NCBI RefSeq assembly: GCF_003790525.1
Contig: NZ_CP033635.1
Reading direction: 5' to 3' (one strand)
DNA length: 64,000 bases
From: Escherichia coli
GTDB lineage: Bacteria > Pseudomonadota > Gammaproteobacteria > Enterobacterales > Enterobacteriaceae
Position numbers and translations under genes: made by a program. The notes beneath the pieces are model-generated. The model worked only from the letters and a program-made list of their open reading frames with translations, had not been told where the DNA came from and did no database searches. Within the stretch, counting starts at the first letter, position 1, and every line of letters begins with the position of its first letter. Positions 63,909-64,000 of this stretch are shown here, piece after piece.

Positions 63909-64000
63909 GAAAAAATAACCGAGGGTGAAACAACGCTTTTATTGTAGCAAAAGCGTCATCAGGATCGCGGGTTAATACTCATACAAATTATGTTTGAGGA

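Overview
This window reads as core chromosome of Escherichia coli (or a very close relative), not an accessory island. The six-frame proteins match, in conserved order, the cluster ldcC(5-prime end)-accA-dnaE-rnhB-lpxB-lpxA-fabZ-lpxD-skp-bamA-rseP-cdsA-uppS-dxr-frr-pyrH-tsf-rpsB on the minus strand, then map-glnD-dapD, yaeH, cdaR, degP, dgt, mtn-btuF, yadS, erpA, clcA, hemL, fhuBDCA, mrcB, hrpB, thpR, sfsA, dksA-gluQ-pcnB-folK, the yadN-yadV-htrE-yadMLKC chaperone-usher fimbrial operon, panB-panC, yadD (rpnC), panD and yadE. All gene names are assigned by recognising the translated proteins from memory; no database search was possible. I found no tRNA, rRNA, CRISPR array, IS element or prophage, and no convincing evidence for an undescribed multi-gene system. 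The loci most worth a second look are: (1) yadD/rpnC, an Rpn-family nuclease gene sitting between panC and panD, followed by a free-standing 71-codon ORF that duplicates its 3-prime tail; (2) an fhuA allele whose predicted surface-loop regions differ from the K-12 sequence as I remember it; (3) an apparent absence of yaeI between dapD and yaeH; (4) the AT-rich yad fimbrial operon with a perfect 15-bp inverted repeat in its upstream region. Several intrinsic terminators, the degP sigma-E promoter and a Fur box upstream of fhuA can be read directly from the sequence. Starts were adjusted from the ORF track where the known N-terminus is internal to the ORF or uses a non-ATG codon.
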